From positions 10,137 to 74,136 of the forward strand of contig JAGYMQ010000034.1 in the NCBI GenBank assembly GCA_018400535.1: DNA of 64,000 bases, given 5' to 3'. Each line of letters opens with the position of its first letter. Position 1 is the stretch's first letter. The DNA comes from Candidatus Cloacimonadota bacterium. GTDB taxonomy: Bacteria; Cloacimonadota; Cloacimonadia; Cloacimonadales; TCS61. Of the stretch, positions 1 to 11,440 are shown one piece after another. The notes beneath the pieces are model-generated. The model saw only the letters and a list, made by a program, of their open reading frames with translations, did no database searches and was not told where the DNA came from. A program made the position numbers and the translations under genes.

Positions 1-610
1 GAATCTCGGATTGATTGATCGTTATCTTTGCTCAGCAAAAATTGAAAATATCAAGCCGATAATTCTCATCAACAAGATAGATCTTTTGCCAGAATTGGAG
101 CAACTCAAGCAGAAACTTCATTTTTATGAAGAACTTGGCTATTTGATCTTATGGACTTCAGCAAAAACGAAAAGTGGAATTTCCAGATTGAAGGATATTT
201 TGCGTGGTAAAGATTCTGTTTTTTCGGGTCATTCTGGAACGGGAAAATCTTCTTTGATCAATGTCTTACAACCGAATTTGAAATTATCGATCGCCAAGAT
301 CAGTGCTTCTTCGCATAAAGGAACGCATACCACGAGCTCCGCCAAATTACTTTCCTGGGATTTTGGTGGCTATTTGGTCGATACGCCGGGAATCAAAACA
401 TTTGGTTTAAAACGAGAAGATGTAGAATTGATCCCGCGTATTTTTCCGGGTTTCAACGAGTTGAGAAAAAGCTGTAAATTTAATAATTGCACGCATTCCC
501 ACGAAACTGATTGTGCGATCAAAAGAGCTGTTGAAAACCAAGATTTGCCAGCAGAAAGATATGAATCTTATTTGCGTATCCTGGATTCTTTGCAGAAGGA
601 GAAATTTTGA
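1..610 (+). CDS. rsgA: Ribosome small-subunit-dependent GTPase A (RsgA/YjeQ), 5'-truncated by the window edge
   Basis: The frame is open from nt 2 with no stop. It has the circularly permuted GTPase motif order: NKIDL (G4), then GHSGTGKSSLIN (P-loop), then DTPG (G3). A C-terminal zinc knuckle CKFNNCTHSHETDC is present. Confidence 0.85.
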   Translation, partial: NLGLIDRYLCSAKIENIKPIILINKIDLLPELEQLKQKLHFYEELGYLILWTSAKTKSGISRLKDILRGKDSVFSGHSGTGKSSLINVLQPNLKLSIAKISASSHKGTHTTSSAKLLSWDFGGYLVDTPGIKTFGLKREDVELIPRIFPGFNELRKSCKFNNCTHSHETDCAIKRAVENQDLPAERYESYLRILDSLQKEKF

Positions 611-1461
611 AAAATTTTGGCATCTTTTTTAATCCCCACTATCAGGAAAAAAATCCTATCTTCAAACTTTTGCAGAAAATCCACCAAAACAAAGAGCTCA
701 ATTTTTACAAATTTGAAGCACAGAAAGAACTTTTGCCAGATTTCATAGAACTTATTCCAGAAAAAAAATTTCCAAAACTGGATTGCATTTTTTCTTTCGG
801 AGGAGATGGAACTTTTTTGCAAGCCGTGAAATATTCTCTGAAAACGAACGCTCCGCTTCTTGGCATCAATCTTGGAAAGTTGGGGTTCCTTTCCGATTCC
901 AGCATTTCGGAACTGGCAAAATCGGTCGATGACCTGAAAAACAACAAATTTAAAGTGCAAAAAAGAATGATGTTGCGTGCTGTCGTGAAGAGAAAAAACA
1001 AGATGATCGCTTCGGCAATTGCGCTCAATGATGCGGTGATTTATAAAGGTGAAACGCCAAAATTGATCGATCTTCGCTTTTATGCTGATCGCAGATTTGT
1101 GATGGAAACACGCTGCGACGGAATTATCATCGCAACTCCGACCGGCTCGACTGCCTATTCGCTTTCTGCTGGCGGTCCCATCATTTCACCTTTGATGAAC
1201 GCTTTCATCGTTGCACCGCTCAATCCGCATATTCTAAGTGTCCGTCCAATGGTTTTTGCTGAAAATAATAAATTGACTTTTCGCTTGAAAAATTCTGATT
1301 CAACCAGCGTTTTGCAATTGGATGGCATCAACATCAAAAAATTGAAAGCGGAAGATGAGATCGCAATATCCGTCGCTTCCCAAAAAGTGAATTTTATCAA
1401 ATTGACGAATAAAACATTTTATCAGATTTTGCGCAAAAAGATCCATATGGGAAAAAAATAG
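607..1461 (+). CDS. nadK: NAD(+) kinase
   Basis: TTG start 5 nt after AAGGAG, overlapping the rsgA stop. Motifs GGDGT, NLGKLGFL and TPTGSTAYSLSAGGPI. Confidence 0.9.
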   Translation: MKNFGIFFNPHYQEKNPIFKLLQKIHQNKELNFYKFEAQKELLPDFIELIPEKKFPKLDCIFSFGGDGTFLQAVKYSLKTNAPLLGINLGKLGFLSDSSISELAKSVDDLKNNKFKVQKRMMLRAVVKRKNKMIASAIALNDAVIYKGETPKLIDLRFYADRRFVMETRCDGIIIATPTGSTAYSLSAGGPIISPLMNAFIVAPLNPHILSVRPMVFAENNKLTFRLKNSDSTSVLQLDGINIKKLKAEDEIAISVASQKVNFIKLTNKTFYQILRKKIHMGKK

Positions 1462-3165
1462 ATGCTAACAGATCTCAGATTGAAAAATTTCATAATCGTT
1501 CCTGAACTTGAAATCAATTTTTCGGAAGGATTACAAGTCATAACAGGTGAGACAGGTGCAGGGAAATCGATAATCGTGGGTGCGATCGATATCATTTTCG
1601 GAGCAGAAATACAAGCTGATATCAGATTGGATGAAAAGCACAAAACGATTCTGGAAGCAACTTTTGACATTCGAAAAAGTAAGCTGGAATTAAAAGAATT
1701 ATTGGAAAAACACGCGGTTGACCAGAAAGAAAATGAACTTTTTTTTACCAAAGAAATTGATGAAAATCTGCGCAGCAAGATCTTTTTGAACGGACGTCGC
1801 ATCTCAATTCCCATCGCCAAAGAATTCCGTGAAAAATTGATCGATTTCCACAGTCAACGCGATCAACAGAAATTATTCGATCAAGAATACCAATTAGAAA
1901 TTTTGGATCATTATGGTGGATTGTTAAAACAACGAAAAGATTTTGAAGCTGATCTTGCTGATTTTCAAGAAAAAAAGGAAAAGCTTCTGAATCTGAAAAA
2001 GGAAGATCAAGAAAATAGGGAGCGCATCGAGCTCTATGACTATCAATTGAACGAATTGGAAAACGTTGCCCTCCAGAAAGGAGAAGATGAGGTTCTGAAA
2101 AATGATATTGATCTGCTTTCCAACGCAGAAATTATTTTGCAAAAATCGAGTGAGATCGAACAGCGTGTTTTTGAAGAAGAAAATTCTGTGTATGATGTGA
2201 TCGGCAATTTTGTGAAAGAATTAGAACCTTTTGCTGGAAAGGATGATCACTTGCAATCTGCTCTTTCATTTTTACGCGATGCTCTCTCCAATCTTGATGA
2301 AGCAGTTCAATCATTACTGGATTTGAGTGATTTTATCGATGTTGATCAGGAACGGAAGGAAAAATTGGAACAGCGCTTTGATGAGATCAATAAATTGCTT
2401 CAAAAGTATAAAAAGACAATTCCTGAAATTTTGGCTTATCAAGAAAAGATCAGGCAGGAGATAAAATCTTATTCTTCGCAGAAAGAAAAAATTTCGCAGC
2501 TGGAAAAGAAATTGACAGAAAAGGAAAATAATTTATGGAAAAAAGCTGTTAAATTAAGTGGTAAAAGGAAAAAAGCTGCCGCCAGATTTGAAAAAGAGAT
2601 CGCAGAAAATATCAGGAAATTAGCAATTCCGGAAGCAAAAGTAAAGATTAGATTTGACAAAGAAAGCGGGGGAAAAGTTTTTTTATCCAGAGATATTTCT
2701 CTGAAAAAGAGTGGAATTGATGTCGTAGATTATCTATTTTCAGCAAATAGAGGTGTGAAAATGCAGCCTTTCAGAATGATCGCTTCTGGCGGTGAAGTTT
2801 CCCGGTTTCTGCTTACCGTGAAGAAAATTTTATCAGATCGGATGGAGAAACGAACGATCATCTTTGATGAGATCGACCAAGGAATAGGCGGGAAGACTTC
2901 GCAATTGCTGGCTGATTTCATTCATCGTATCGGAGATTTTCATCAGATCATCTGCATCACACATCTACCGCAGATCGCTGCCGCCGCCGATGATCATTAT
3001 TCCATTCAAAAAAATAATGTTGGAAAAAATTCCAATGTAACAATAAAAAAATTAAATAAAGATAAAAGGCAAAAAGAAATTGCCAGAATGCTGGCAGGTT
3101 CCAAAACGAAACGAGCGTTGGAACATGCTGCAGAATTATTAGGAAAAAAAAGGAGTCAGTTATGA
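1462..3165 (+). CDS. recN: DNA repair protein RecN
   Basis: N-terminal Walker A GETGAGKS, a long central coiled coil and a C-terminal SMC-like signature region. The ATG directly follows the nadK TAG. Confidence 0.9.
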   Translation: MLTDLRLKNFIIVPELEINFSEGLQVITGETGAGKSIIVGAIDIIFGAEIQADIRLDEKHKTILEATFDIRKSKLELKELLEKHAVDQKENELFFTKEIDENLRSKIFLNGRRISIPIAKEFREKLIDFHSQRDQQKLFDQEYQLEILDHYGGLLKQRKDFEADLADFQEKKEKLLNLKKEDQENRERIELYDYQLNELENVALQKGEDEVLKNDIDLLSNAEIILQKSSEIEQRVFEEENSVYDVIGNFVKELEPFAGKDDHLQSALSFLRDALSNLDEAVQSLLDLSDFIDVDQERKEKLEQRFDEINKLLQKYKKTIPEILAYQEKIRQEIKSYSSQKEKISQLEKKLTEKENNLWKKAVKLSGKRKKAAARFEKEIAENIRKLAIPEAKVKIRFDKESGGKVFLSRDISLKKSGIDVVDYLFSANRGVKMQPFRMIASGGEVSRFLLTVKKILSDRMEKRTIIFDEIDQGIGGKTSQLLADFIHRIGDFHQIICITHLPQIAAAADDHYSIQKNNVGKNSNVTIKKLNKDKRQKEIARMLAGSKTKRALEHAAELLGKKRSQL

Positions 3166-4055
3166 TCAGGATGAGGAGAGAATCGAAATATATCATCATT
3201 ATTGTGGTTATTGTAATATCGCTATTTTTGGGCTTAAAAAAATCCAATTTATTGAATTCTTTTCAGGATAAAAAACAAATTGTGGAAAATAAAGAAGCTA
3301 AAAAAATATTCAATGCTGCAGAAAACAAAAAAAAGATCGCTTTAGAATTCAGAATGGATGATCCGACAAAGATAGATCAGAAAGTTAATGAATTATTAGC
3401 AGAAGGAAAGATCGGAATGAAATATTCTGATGCAAAATCAAATCAAAAATCTTATGTTTTAGTAGTTGCAGATAGTTCCTATTCTTCAATTTTACAAGAA
3501 CTCAAGGAAATCCATTTACCACAATCAGAAAACTTGAAAACAGCACCAGACGATAAATATGCCACCAATATCAAGGCGAATGTGGAAAACCAGAAAATCG
3601 CCAAAAAAAGGATTCAAGAGCTCATCAATAAAAGCACTTCTCCAGAAAGAATGAAATTATTCCGATCTCAATTAGAAAGAATTCAAACGAAGATCGATAG
3701 CCTGGAAAATCAAATAAATATCCAAAAAGCAAATAAAGAAAATAACGCCATTCTGTTGACAGCCTTTGGCAAAATGACCGGACCTTCTATGGGCTCATCG
3801 ATCAAATCTTTTGTTAAAACCACTTTTTTGGTCTTGATTGCTCTCGTTATCGCACTGGTCATTTTCTACTATTTTATGGTCTTGATGATAAAATTAATGT
3901 CAATTTTAGGAATTAGAACAAGCCGTGGTTCTTCCTCGAGTTATGGTAGTTATGGAAATTATAATTATAATCGTTACAAATCTTATGGACGCCACGTGAA
4001 AAGAGTTTATAAAGATAAGGACGGAAAAACGAAACACGAGGAATCTGAAGGATAA
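3162..4055 (+). CDS. Hypothetical membrane-anchored coiled-coil protein
   Basis: AAGGAG RBS and an ATGA overlap with the recN stop. It has an N-terminal hydrophobic anchor, a K/E/Q-rich helical middle, a second long hydrophobic segment (FLVLIALVIALVIFYYFMVLMI) and a Y/G/S/N-rich tail. I recognise no catalytic motif. Confidence 0.5.
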   Translation: MIRMRRESKYIIIIVVIVISLFLGLKKSNLLNSFQDKKQIVENKEAKKIFNAAENKKKIALEFRMDDPTKIDQKVNELLAEGKIGMKYSDAKSNQKSYVLVVADSSYSSILQELKEIHLPQSENLKTAPDDKYATNIKANVENQKIAKKRIQELINKSTSPERMKLFRSQLERIQTKIDSLENQINIQKANKENNAILLTAFGKMTGPSMGSSIKSFVKTTFLVLIALVIALVIFYYFMVLMIKLMSILGIRTSRGSSSSYGSYGNYNYNRYKSYGRHVKRVYKDKDGKTKHEESEG

Positions 4056-4125
4056 TTTCGAAATTAAAACTCCGTGAAATATTTTCGGAATGAAGCTGAT
4101 CTAACGAATTTTTTTCGAGGTTGAT

Positions 4126-4563
4126 ATGGAAGCTTGGATGATCTGGTTCGCTGTCGGTATTATTTGCGTGATCATTGAAATTTTCACACCAGGATTTCTT
4201 TTTATGAGTTTCGGGATCGGAGCGATGCTGACAGGTTTGTTTGCACTTTTAGTAGATAATTTGCTTTGGCAAATATTTTTCTTTGCTTGTGCTACCTTGA
4301 TCTTGTTTATTTTCTTGAGAAAATTGAGTAATAAAGTCCTGTCCAAGGAATCTGAACCGACTAATTTTCAAGCTCTGGTCGGGAAAAAAGGAACTGTGGT
4401 CGAAGCAATTCCTGAAGACGGAAAAGGTTATGTCAGGATCGATAGCGAAGAATGGTCTGCTGCTTCTGAAGATGAAACTTCTTTAGCCGTCGGGCAAAAG
4501 ATCGTAGTTGAAAAAGTCGAAGGAAACAAAGTGATCGTTAAAAAATCAGAAAAAGGGGAATGA
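4126..4563 (+). CDS. NfeD-family membrane protein (partner of the SPFH protein)
   Basis: Three N-terminal hydrophobic helices and a C-terminal soluble OB-like domain (GKKGTVVEAI...GYVRIDSEEWSA). It lies immediately upstream of a band-7 gene, which is the classic NfeD-SPFH pairing. Confidence 0.75.
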   Translation: MEAWMIWFAVGIICVIIEIFTPGFLFMSFGIGAMLTGLFALLVDNLLWQIFFFACATLILFIFLRKLSNKVLSKESEPTNFQALVGKKGTVVEAIPEDGKGYVRIDSEEWSAASEDETSLAVGQKIVVEKVEGNKVIVKKSEKGE

Positions 4564-4564
4564 A

Positions 4565-5500
4565 ATGGAAATATTATTAATTATTTTAGCGATTCTGGTC
4601 ATTATTCTGATCTCAAAAGGAATTGTTGTGATCAAACAAGCTGAAGTGATGATCATTGAAAGATTGGGAAGATACAGCAGAACTCTCGATAGTGGATTGC
4701 ATATCATCTGGCCGATCGTTGACAAGCGAAGGTCGATCGAATGGCGCTACGTCAAAACAGATCTGAAAGGAAATAAATATACACAAGTACGCACTCAGAC
4801 GCGCATCGATCTGCGTGAAACAGTTTATGATTTTCCTCGTCAAAACGTGATCACCAGCGATAATGTTTCCATCGAAATTGATGCGCTTCTCTATTTCCAG
4901 ATAACCGATCCCAAAAAGGCGGTTTACGAGATCAATAATCTTCCCAATGCGATCGAGAAGATCACGCAAACAACACTCAGAAATGTGATCGGTGAATTGG
5001 AGTTGGATAAGACGCTAACTTCCCGCGATACGATCAATTCCAAATTAAGAGTAATTCTGGATGAAGCTACGGATAAATGGGGCGTGAAAGTGAATCGCGT
5101 CGAATTGCAAGATATCACACCGCCACACGAAGTGAAAGTTGCAATGGAAAAACAGATGCGAGCAGAGCGTGATCGCCGAGCAAAAATATTGGAAGCAGAA
5201 GGCGAAAAGAAATCTCAAATTCTGGTGGCTGAAGGCGAAAAAGAAGCACAGATAGCGCGTGCAGAAGGCGAAGCAAAAGCTAAATATCTGGTTGCTGAAG
5301 CAGAATCTCGAGCCATCAAAAAAGTGGCAGAAGCTGTAGGAACTACAGGAACTGATCCTTCTCAATATCTGATCGCTGTGAAATATATCAAGGCGTTCAA
5401 TGAAATCGTGCAGAAAAATGATAAAACTGTCGTCGTTCCCTATGAATCTTCGGCAATGCTCGGTTCTTTGAAAGCGATGGAAAAGATCTTTAAAAGTTAA
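4565..5500 (+). CDS. SPFH/band-7 (stomatin/prohibitin-like) protein
   Basis: An N-terminal TM helix and a PHB-domain sequence (VDKRRSIEW...FPRQNVITSDNVSIEIDALLYFQITDP), followed by an A/E/K-rich coiled coil. Confidence 0.85.
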   Translation: MEILLIILAILVIILISKGIVVIKQAEVMIIERLGRYSRTLDSGLHIIWPIVDKRRSIEWRYVKTDLKGNKYTQVRTQTRIDLRETVYDFPRQNVITSDNVSIEIDALLYFQITDPKKAVYEINNLPNAIEKITQTTLRNVIGELELDKTLTSRDTINSKLRVILDEATDKWGVKVNRVELQDITPPHEVKVAMEKQMRAERDRRAKILEAEGEKKSQILVAEGEKEAQIARAEGEAKAKYLVAEAESRAIKKVAEAVGTTGTDPSQYLIAVKYIKAFNEIVQKNDKTVVVPYESSAMLGSLKAMEKIFKS

Positions 5501-5508
5501 TAAACTGA

Positions 5509-7474
<1,966 letters not shown>

Positions 7475-7491
7475 GCTTTTCAAAAAAAAAA

Positions 7492-7521
7492 ATCGTTCAC
7501 AAGAAAAAAATTGTGAACGAT
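7492..7521. terminator. Bidirectional Rho-independent terminator between convergent genes
   Basis: A perfect 11-bp stem atcgttcacaa/ttgtgaacgat, flanked by an A-run upstream and a T-rich run downstream. Confidence 0.7.
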
Positions 7522-7541
7522 TTTGTGATTATTGATATTTG

Positions 7542-8669
7542 TTAATCTTCTATTATTTCCACGTTTGCTCTTGGAATAATTACCTTTTTTCCATTTTCCA
7601 GTTCTGCTTCCAAAATCCTGACCAGAGTTTCACTTTCCACTTTAGTCAGTTGTTCTGGCAATCCCGTAACCTTTCCGATAATACCAAAATTCGGTTCGCG
7701 GATCACACGGATAGTTGTGCCGATCTCCAAAGTGGACATTGTTTCTTTTTCGGCTTTCAATTCGGATTCTTTGAATTCTTTGGGGATAATGATTTCAGGG
7801 CGCATCACTCCAGCGCGGATTTGAGTGAAACCATGAATTGAAACACGTTCGCCCTCATGTTCTTTGAGAAGATCATAGGTCTTTTTTGCCATTTTAATTT
7901 TGCCAAAACCTTCTGTGACAACGATGGTCAAACCAATTTCTTCGTGTCCAGTGATCGCCACTCCAATATTATATCCGAGTAATTCTTTCAGATCACGATC
8001 ATCGATCCCACCGGTGATGATTCCAGTAACGTTCATTTTTTGAGCTTTTTTGATCGCTGCCAGTGAAACTAAAGAGCCGCAAACAATAACTTTATCTTTG
8101 CAGGATTCATCGATATCATCTACAGAAACTTCTTCTTCTGGTGTGGAGACCAGTGTTTTTAAGGTGCTAAAACGTTCTCCGCCAATTCCAAAAATACCTT
8201 GAATGTAGGCAGATTTATTTTCGATGATGACGCCTTCTTCTTCGATCACTTCGACGACCATTCCATCGATAAAAGCTTTGACTTGCACAGGAATGCGTGG
8301 TTCACGCAAAAGCATCTGACCGGTGATCTTTGAAATGTTTTCGATTTCACCTTCGATCGGAGAGCGAATTGAAGTCTTGAACATACCCAAAAATCCATTT
8401 GTTTGAGCGATCATTTGTTTTTTTGTGATCTTATCTCCAGCTTTCACTTTCAGAAATTTGTGAACCATATTTGGGGTAACACCCAGCTTATTTGCCAGAT
8501 TGAAAGGAACAACTTTTCCAGGTAGAAGTGTTTCAGCTACAATATCCTGCGATTTGACAATATCGCCTTTTTTGACTTTCACATTTCCTTTGAGGGGTAA
8601 GATCCTTTCTTTTCGCAGAACTAAATTATCGGTGCATTTTAGACCGGGAGAATATGCTTGTGCCATCAT
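7542..8669 (-). CDS. Conserved hypothetical protein with barrel-sandwich (lipoyl/biotinyl-like) segments, translationally coupled to the GlmL-like ATPase
   Basis: GGAGG RBS and an ATGA overlap with the upstream stop. It has segments such as KGNVKVKKGDIVKSQDIVAE and SPIEGEIENI. I saw no B12 motif (DxHxxG) or other cofactor motif. Confidence 0.6.
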   Translation of the reverse strand: MMAQAYSPGLKCTDNLVLRKERILPLKGNVKVKKGDIVKSQDIVAETLLPGKVVPFNLANKLGVTPNMVHKFLKVKAGDKITKKQMIAQTNGFLGMFKTSIRSPIEGEIENISKITGQMLLREPRIPVQVKAFIDGMVVEVIEEEGVIIENKSAYIQGIFGIGGERFSTLKTLVSTPEEEVSVDDIDESCKDKVIVCGSLVSLAAIKKAQKMNVTGIITGGIDDRDLKELLGYNIGVAITGHEEIGLTIVVTEGFGKIKMAKKTYDLLKEHEGERVSIHGFTQIRAGVMRPEIIIPKEFKESELKAEKETMSTLEIGTTIRVIREPNFGIIGKVTGLPEQLTKVESETLVRILEAELENGKKVIIPRANVEIIED

Positions 8670-10543
8670 TTACCTCCTTCGAATGTATTTTCAGGATAGG
8701 CTTTGAACTCAGCTAACCATTTCTTTAGATACTTGACGCGTTCTGATTTTTCTGCTGGTAAAACAAATGGTTGTCTGCCGCGTGTGTCTAAAATAATTCC
8801 CACGACTCCACCAGTTAATTCAGTATTAATTTCTTGATTTTTACCATTACCAATATCAAGCCCTTTGCCTGGTTTTAGATGTGTTTTTGCTTTTTCACCA
8901 ACACCCAAGGGAATCAGTCTGACTTCTCCAGTAGGAATTTCTTCTTCAAAATTTTTGCCATCAGTCAATTCGATCTTTACGGTTAAAGCAATTTTACCGG
9001 GTTTAATCGAGCCAACAGGCGCTACGCAAGTTCCCAAATGGATAAGGCAGTCTTTTTCGAAAACTTCGGTTGCCGCTTTTTCGCTGATCTCGGCTAAAAC
9101 GCCCAATTGTGGCATCATAAAAATGCTATCAACTGCGATCTTCGTGATACCTTCAGGCAGAAATGCATCGATAAGCATCATCATTGATTGGTTTCTGCGA
9201 GGTGCGTGCGAGAGAACTCCGCCACTTCCCACCAAAAGATCAAGCGACATCATATTGACGATACTTTCTCCAGAAACTGATTGAGCAAAGGCATCAGATA
9301 TTTCGCGTTGTTTTTGACCGCCTTTCAACCCAACAGCAAATTCTTTATGTTGGATAAATGCGTATTTTAGTGCTTCTTTTGCAATTGCTTGTTCCAGGAT
9401 CAATTCTCTTAGTTCTTGTGGAATAGTGGTGGGTCGGATCATCTTATTTTTGATCATATTTCGCAGTGCAGATTCATCGATATCGAAGGGAACCCAGCGA
9501 GCAATTTCACCCAAACCAGCTGTCGCCAGAACATTGGAGATACTATAGCTCATTCCCAGATTTGCACTCACGGTTCGATTGAAAACTTTTTGTTCGGAGA
9601 AGACAGAAAAAACATCAGTTGTGGCTCCGCCAATATCAACACCCAGAACTTCAATATCTTCGACATTGGCAATTGTTTGCATAATGTTTCCTACTGCTGC
9701 TGGAGTTGGCATGATCGGGATATTTTCCAGTTTTCCATTTTTTGGACCCTTTGTCCAGCCCATCAATTTGTTGTAACCGGGAGCTTGAGCCATCACGTGT
9801 TCCATAAAAAGATCGTGAATTTTATCACGCGCAGGTCCCAAATTTTCTCTTTCCAGAACTGGTCGCAGATTTTCAGTGATGATCAGGTCTGTTTTTTCTT
9901 CCAAAGTTTCTTTGATGATATCTTGAGCTTTATTATTTCCAGCGTAGATCACGGGTAATTTGTAGCTGGAGCCAAGTCTTGGTTTCGGATCAGCAGCTCC
10001 CACCAATTCTGCCAATTCTGCTACGTGTTTTGTCGTTCCGCCGTCAATTCCTCCAGCCATCAAGATCATATCTGGTCTTAATTGGCGAATTCTTTCGATC
10101 TTTTCGTAATTTGCTCGTTTATCGTTGCTGGCGATCAAATCCATCACAATCGCTCCTGCTCCGAGTGCAGCTCTTTCCGCACTTTCTCCGGTCATTTTTG
10201 CCACCACGCCAGTAACCATCATTTGCAGTCCACCGCCTGCGCTACTGGTAGAGACATAAGCATCGACGCCTTCATTTTTTTGATCGGAGAGCCAGATCGT
10301 GTCATCTTTAATAAATTTGATGCTTTTATCGTTGTATTTTAAACGCGCTAATTCTTCCAGCTCAGTCACAGCATTGATAACTCCTTTCGTAACATCGTTC
10401 AAGGGTTTTTCAACTGTGGTTGGAGCTTCGCCGCGCACCGTTTGACGATATTCACCGTCAATATACTCAATAAGGATCGATTTCGTTGTTGTGCTACCGC
10501 AATCGGTAGCAATGATCCTCTTAAGTTTCTGAGTATCGCCCAT
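8666..10543 (-). CDS. GlmL/MutL-family ASKHA ATPase (mutase-reactivase-like)
   Basis: Two ASKHA phosphate motifs are present: IATDCGSTTTK and GVDIGGATTDVFSV. The C-terminus contains GIILDTRGRQP. I prefer the ATG at 10543 because GGAGGA lies 4 nt upstream; the alternative ATG is at 10555. Confidence 0.7.
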   Translation of the reverse strand: MGDTQKLKRIIATDCGSTTTKSILIEYIDGEYRQTVRGEAPTTVEKPLNDVTKGVINAVTELEELARLKYNDKSIKFIKDDTIWLSDQKNEGVDAYVSTSSAGGGLQMMVTGVVAKMTGESAERAALGAGAIVMDLIASNDKRANYEKIERIRQLRPDMILMAGGIDGGTTKHVAELAELVGAADPKPRLGSSYKLPVIYAGNNKAQDIIKETLEEKTDLIITENLRPVLERENLGPARDKIHDLFMEHVMAQAPGYNKLMGWTKGPKNGKLENIPIMPTPAAVGNIMQTIANVEDIEVLGVDIGGATTDVFSVFSEQKVFNRTVSANLGMSYSISNVLATAGLGEIARWVPFDIDESALRNMIKNKMIRPTTIPQELRELILEQAIAKEALKYAFIQHKEFAVGLKGGQKQREISDAFAQSVSGESIVNMMSLDLLVGSGGVLSHAPRRNQSMMMLIDAFLPEGITKIAVDSIFMMPQLGVLAEISEKAATEVFEKDCLIHLGTCVAPVGSIKPGKIALTVKIELTDGKNFEEEIPTGEVRLIPLGVGEKAKTHLKPGKGLDIGNGKNQEINTELTGGVVGIILDTRGRQPFVLPAEKSERVKYLKKWLAEFKAYPENTFEGGK

Positions 10544-10555
10544 ATTTTCCTCCAT

Positions 10556-10918
10556 TTATTGTGATTTATTTTTTTTAAAAAATTTTTTAATTTTTTTTAT
10601 CTTTCGTTTGCGTAGCAGTCGCTTTTGTTTGCGCTCTTCTGCATGAAGTTCAATGTCAAGTTCATCTATTCTGCTCATCAGTGCTTTCACATTGTTCTGA
10701 TCTTCCAATAACACGGCAAATTCTTGATACTCTTTTTGATTAAAAATGATTTCGGCAAAAGGCTCGATGAAATACATTATCTGACTGCCTATCCGATGTA
10801 GTGGACGGAGTGATTCGATCATCATAATTGCTGGAGCTGCCATTTTTCTCTCAACGATAAAATGAGCAACTTTGTCGATTATTTCTTGAGCTCTTTTTTT
10901 ACTGATCTCCAAAACCAT
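10556..10918 (-). CDS. Hypothetical small protein with a strongly basic C-terminal tail
   Basis: It is the first gene of the three-gene operon and its stop abuts the next gene. It looks helical and ends in KRLLRKRKIKKIKKFFKKNKSQ. Confidence 0.5.
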   Translation of the reverse strand: MVLEISKKRAQEIIDKVAHFIVERKMAAPAIMMIESLRPLHRIGSQIMYFIEPFAEIIFNQKEYQEFAVLLEDQNNVKALMSRIDELDIELHAEERKQKRLLRKRKIKKIKKFFKKNKSQ

Positions 10919-11354
10919 TAATATTTCTTACCTCATACAATTTATTGATAATTATAAAAACTTTTTGACTGTTCTATTGTCAAGATTTAGATTTGAGAGG
11001 ATTTGTAAAAAGAAAAAAATGGAAATATCGAAAAAAATGATGACTGAATTTATCTCAAAATTCAAAAGTAAACTCATTTCTCATGAGCGGAGTTTCTATT
11101 TCAAAAAAATCCAGAAAGCAAAAGTTAGGAACAAAATTGTGATCAAGCAACCACCTTTGTAATGTTTGGGAAATAATATTTTATTCAACGGATCTTTTTT
11201 ATCAATTTTCATAAATCTAATAATTCCTATATTGTAATATGGGGCAATAAAAAAATCAGCTATTTCCGGGGTACATCATCTGCTTTGAGTACATCAAATG
11301 TGTTGCTGCAAAGCGCTTTCTTTTCTCACAACTAAACCATCTCACTTTAAAAGC

Positions 11355-11371
11355 AAAGACCCGCGGTCTTT
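11355..11371 (-). terminator. Possible terminator hairpin downstream of the SprA-like gene
   Basis: On the minus strand, aaagacc-gcg-ggtcttt is followed by gctttta. The stem is short and the T-tract weak. Confidence 0.4.
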
Positions 11372-11440
11372 AAAAGAAATACATCCTTCGACTTTGCTCA
11401 GGATGACGGTTATTTTATCATGCGTAATGGACATTTTTTA

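Noticed and set aside
10965-11162. A 65-aa basic plus-strand ORF (…MEISKKMMTEFISKFKSKL…) in the 520-nt region downstream of the SprA-like gene.
   Set aside because: It has no RBS, an alternative start codon, lysine-rich composition expected from A-rich DNA, and no recognisable fold. The evidence is not sufficient to call it a gene.
11382-11405. The hairpin catcc-ttcgactttgctca-ggatg resembles the GTCATCCTGAGC…GAAGGAT palindromic element that recurs in many Bacteroidota-type genomes. I considered a ribozyme or repeat-element call.
   Set aside because: There is only one copy in the window. The hammerhead core (CUGANGA) is not satisfied (CUGAGCA). Without genome-wide copy counts I cannot support a repeat family.
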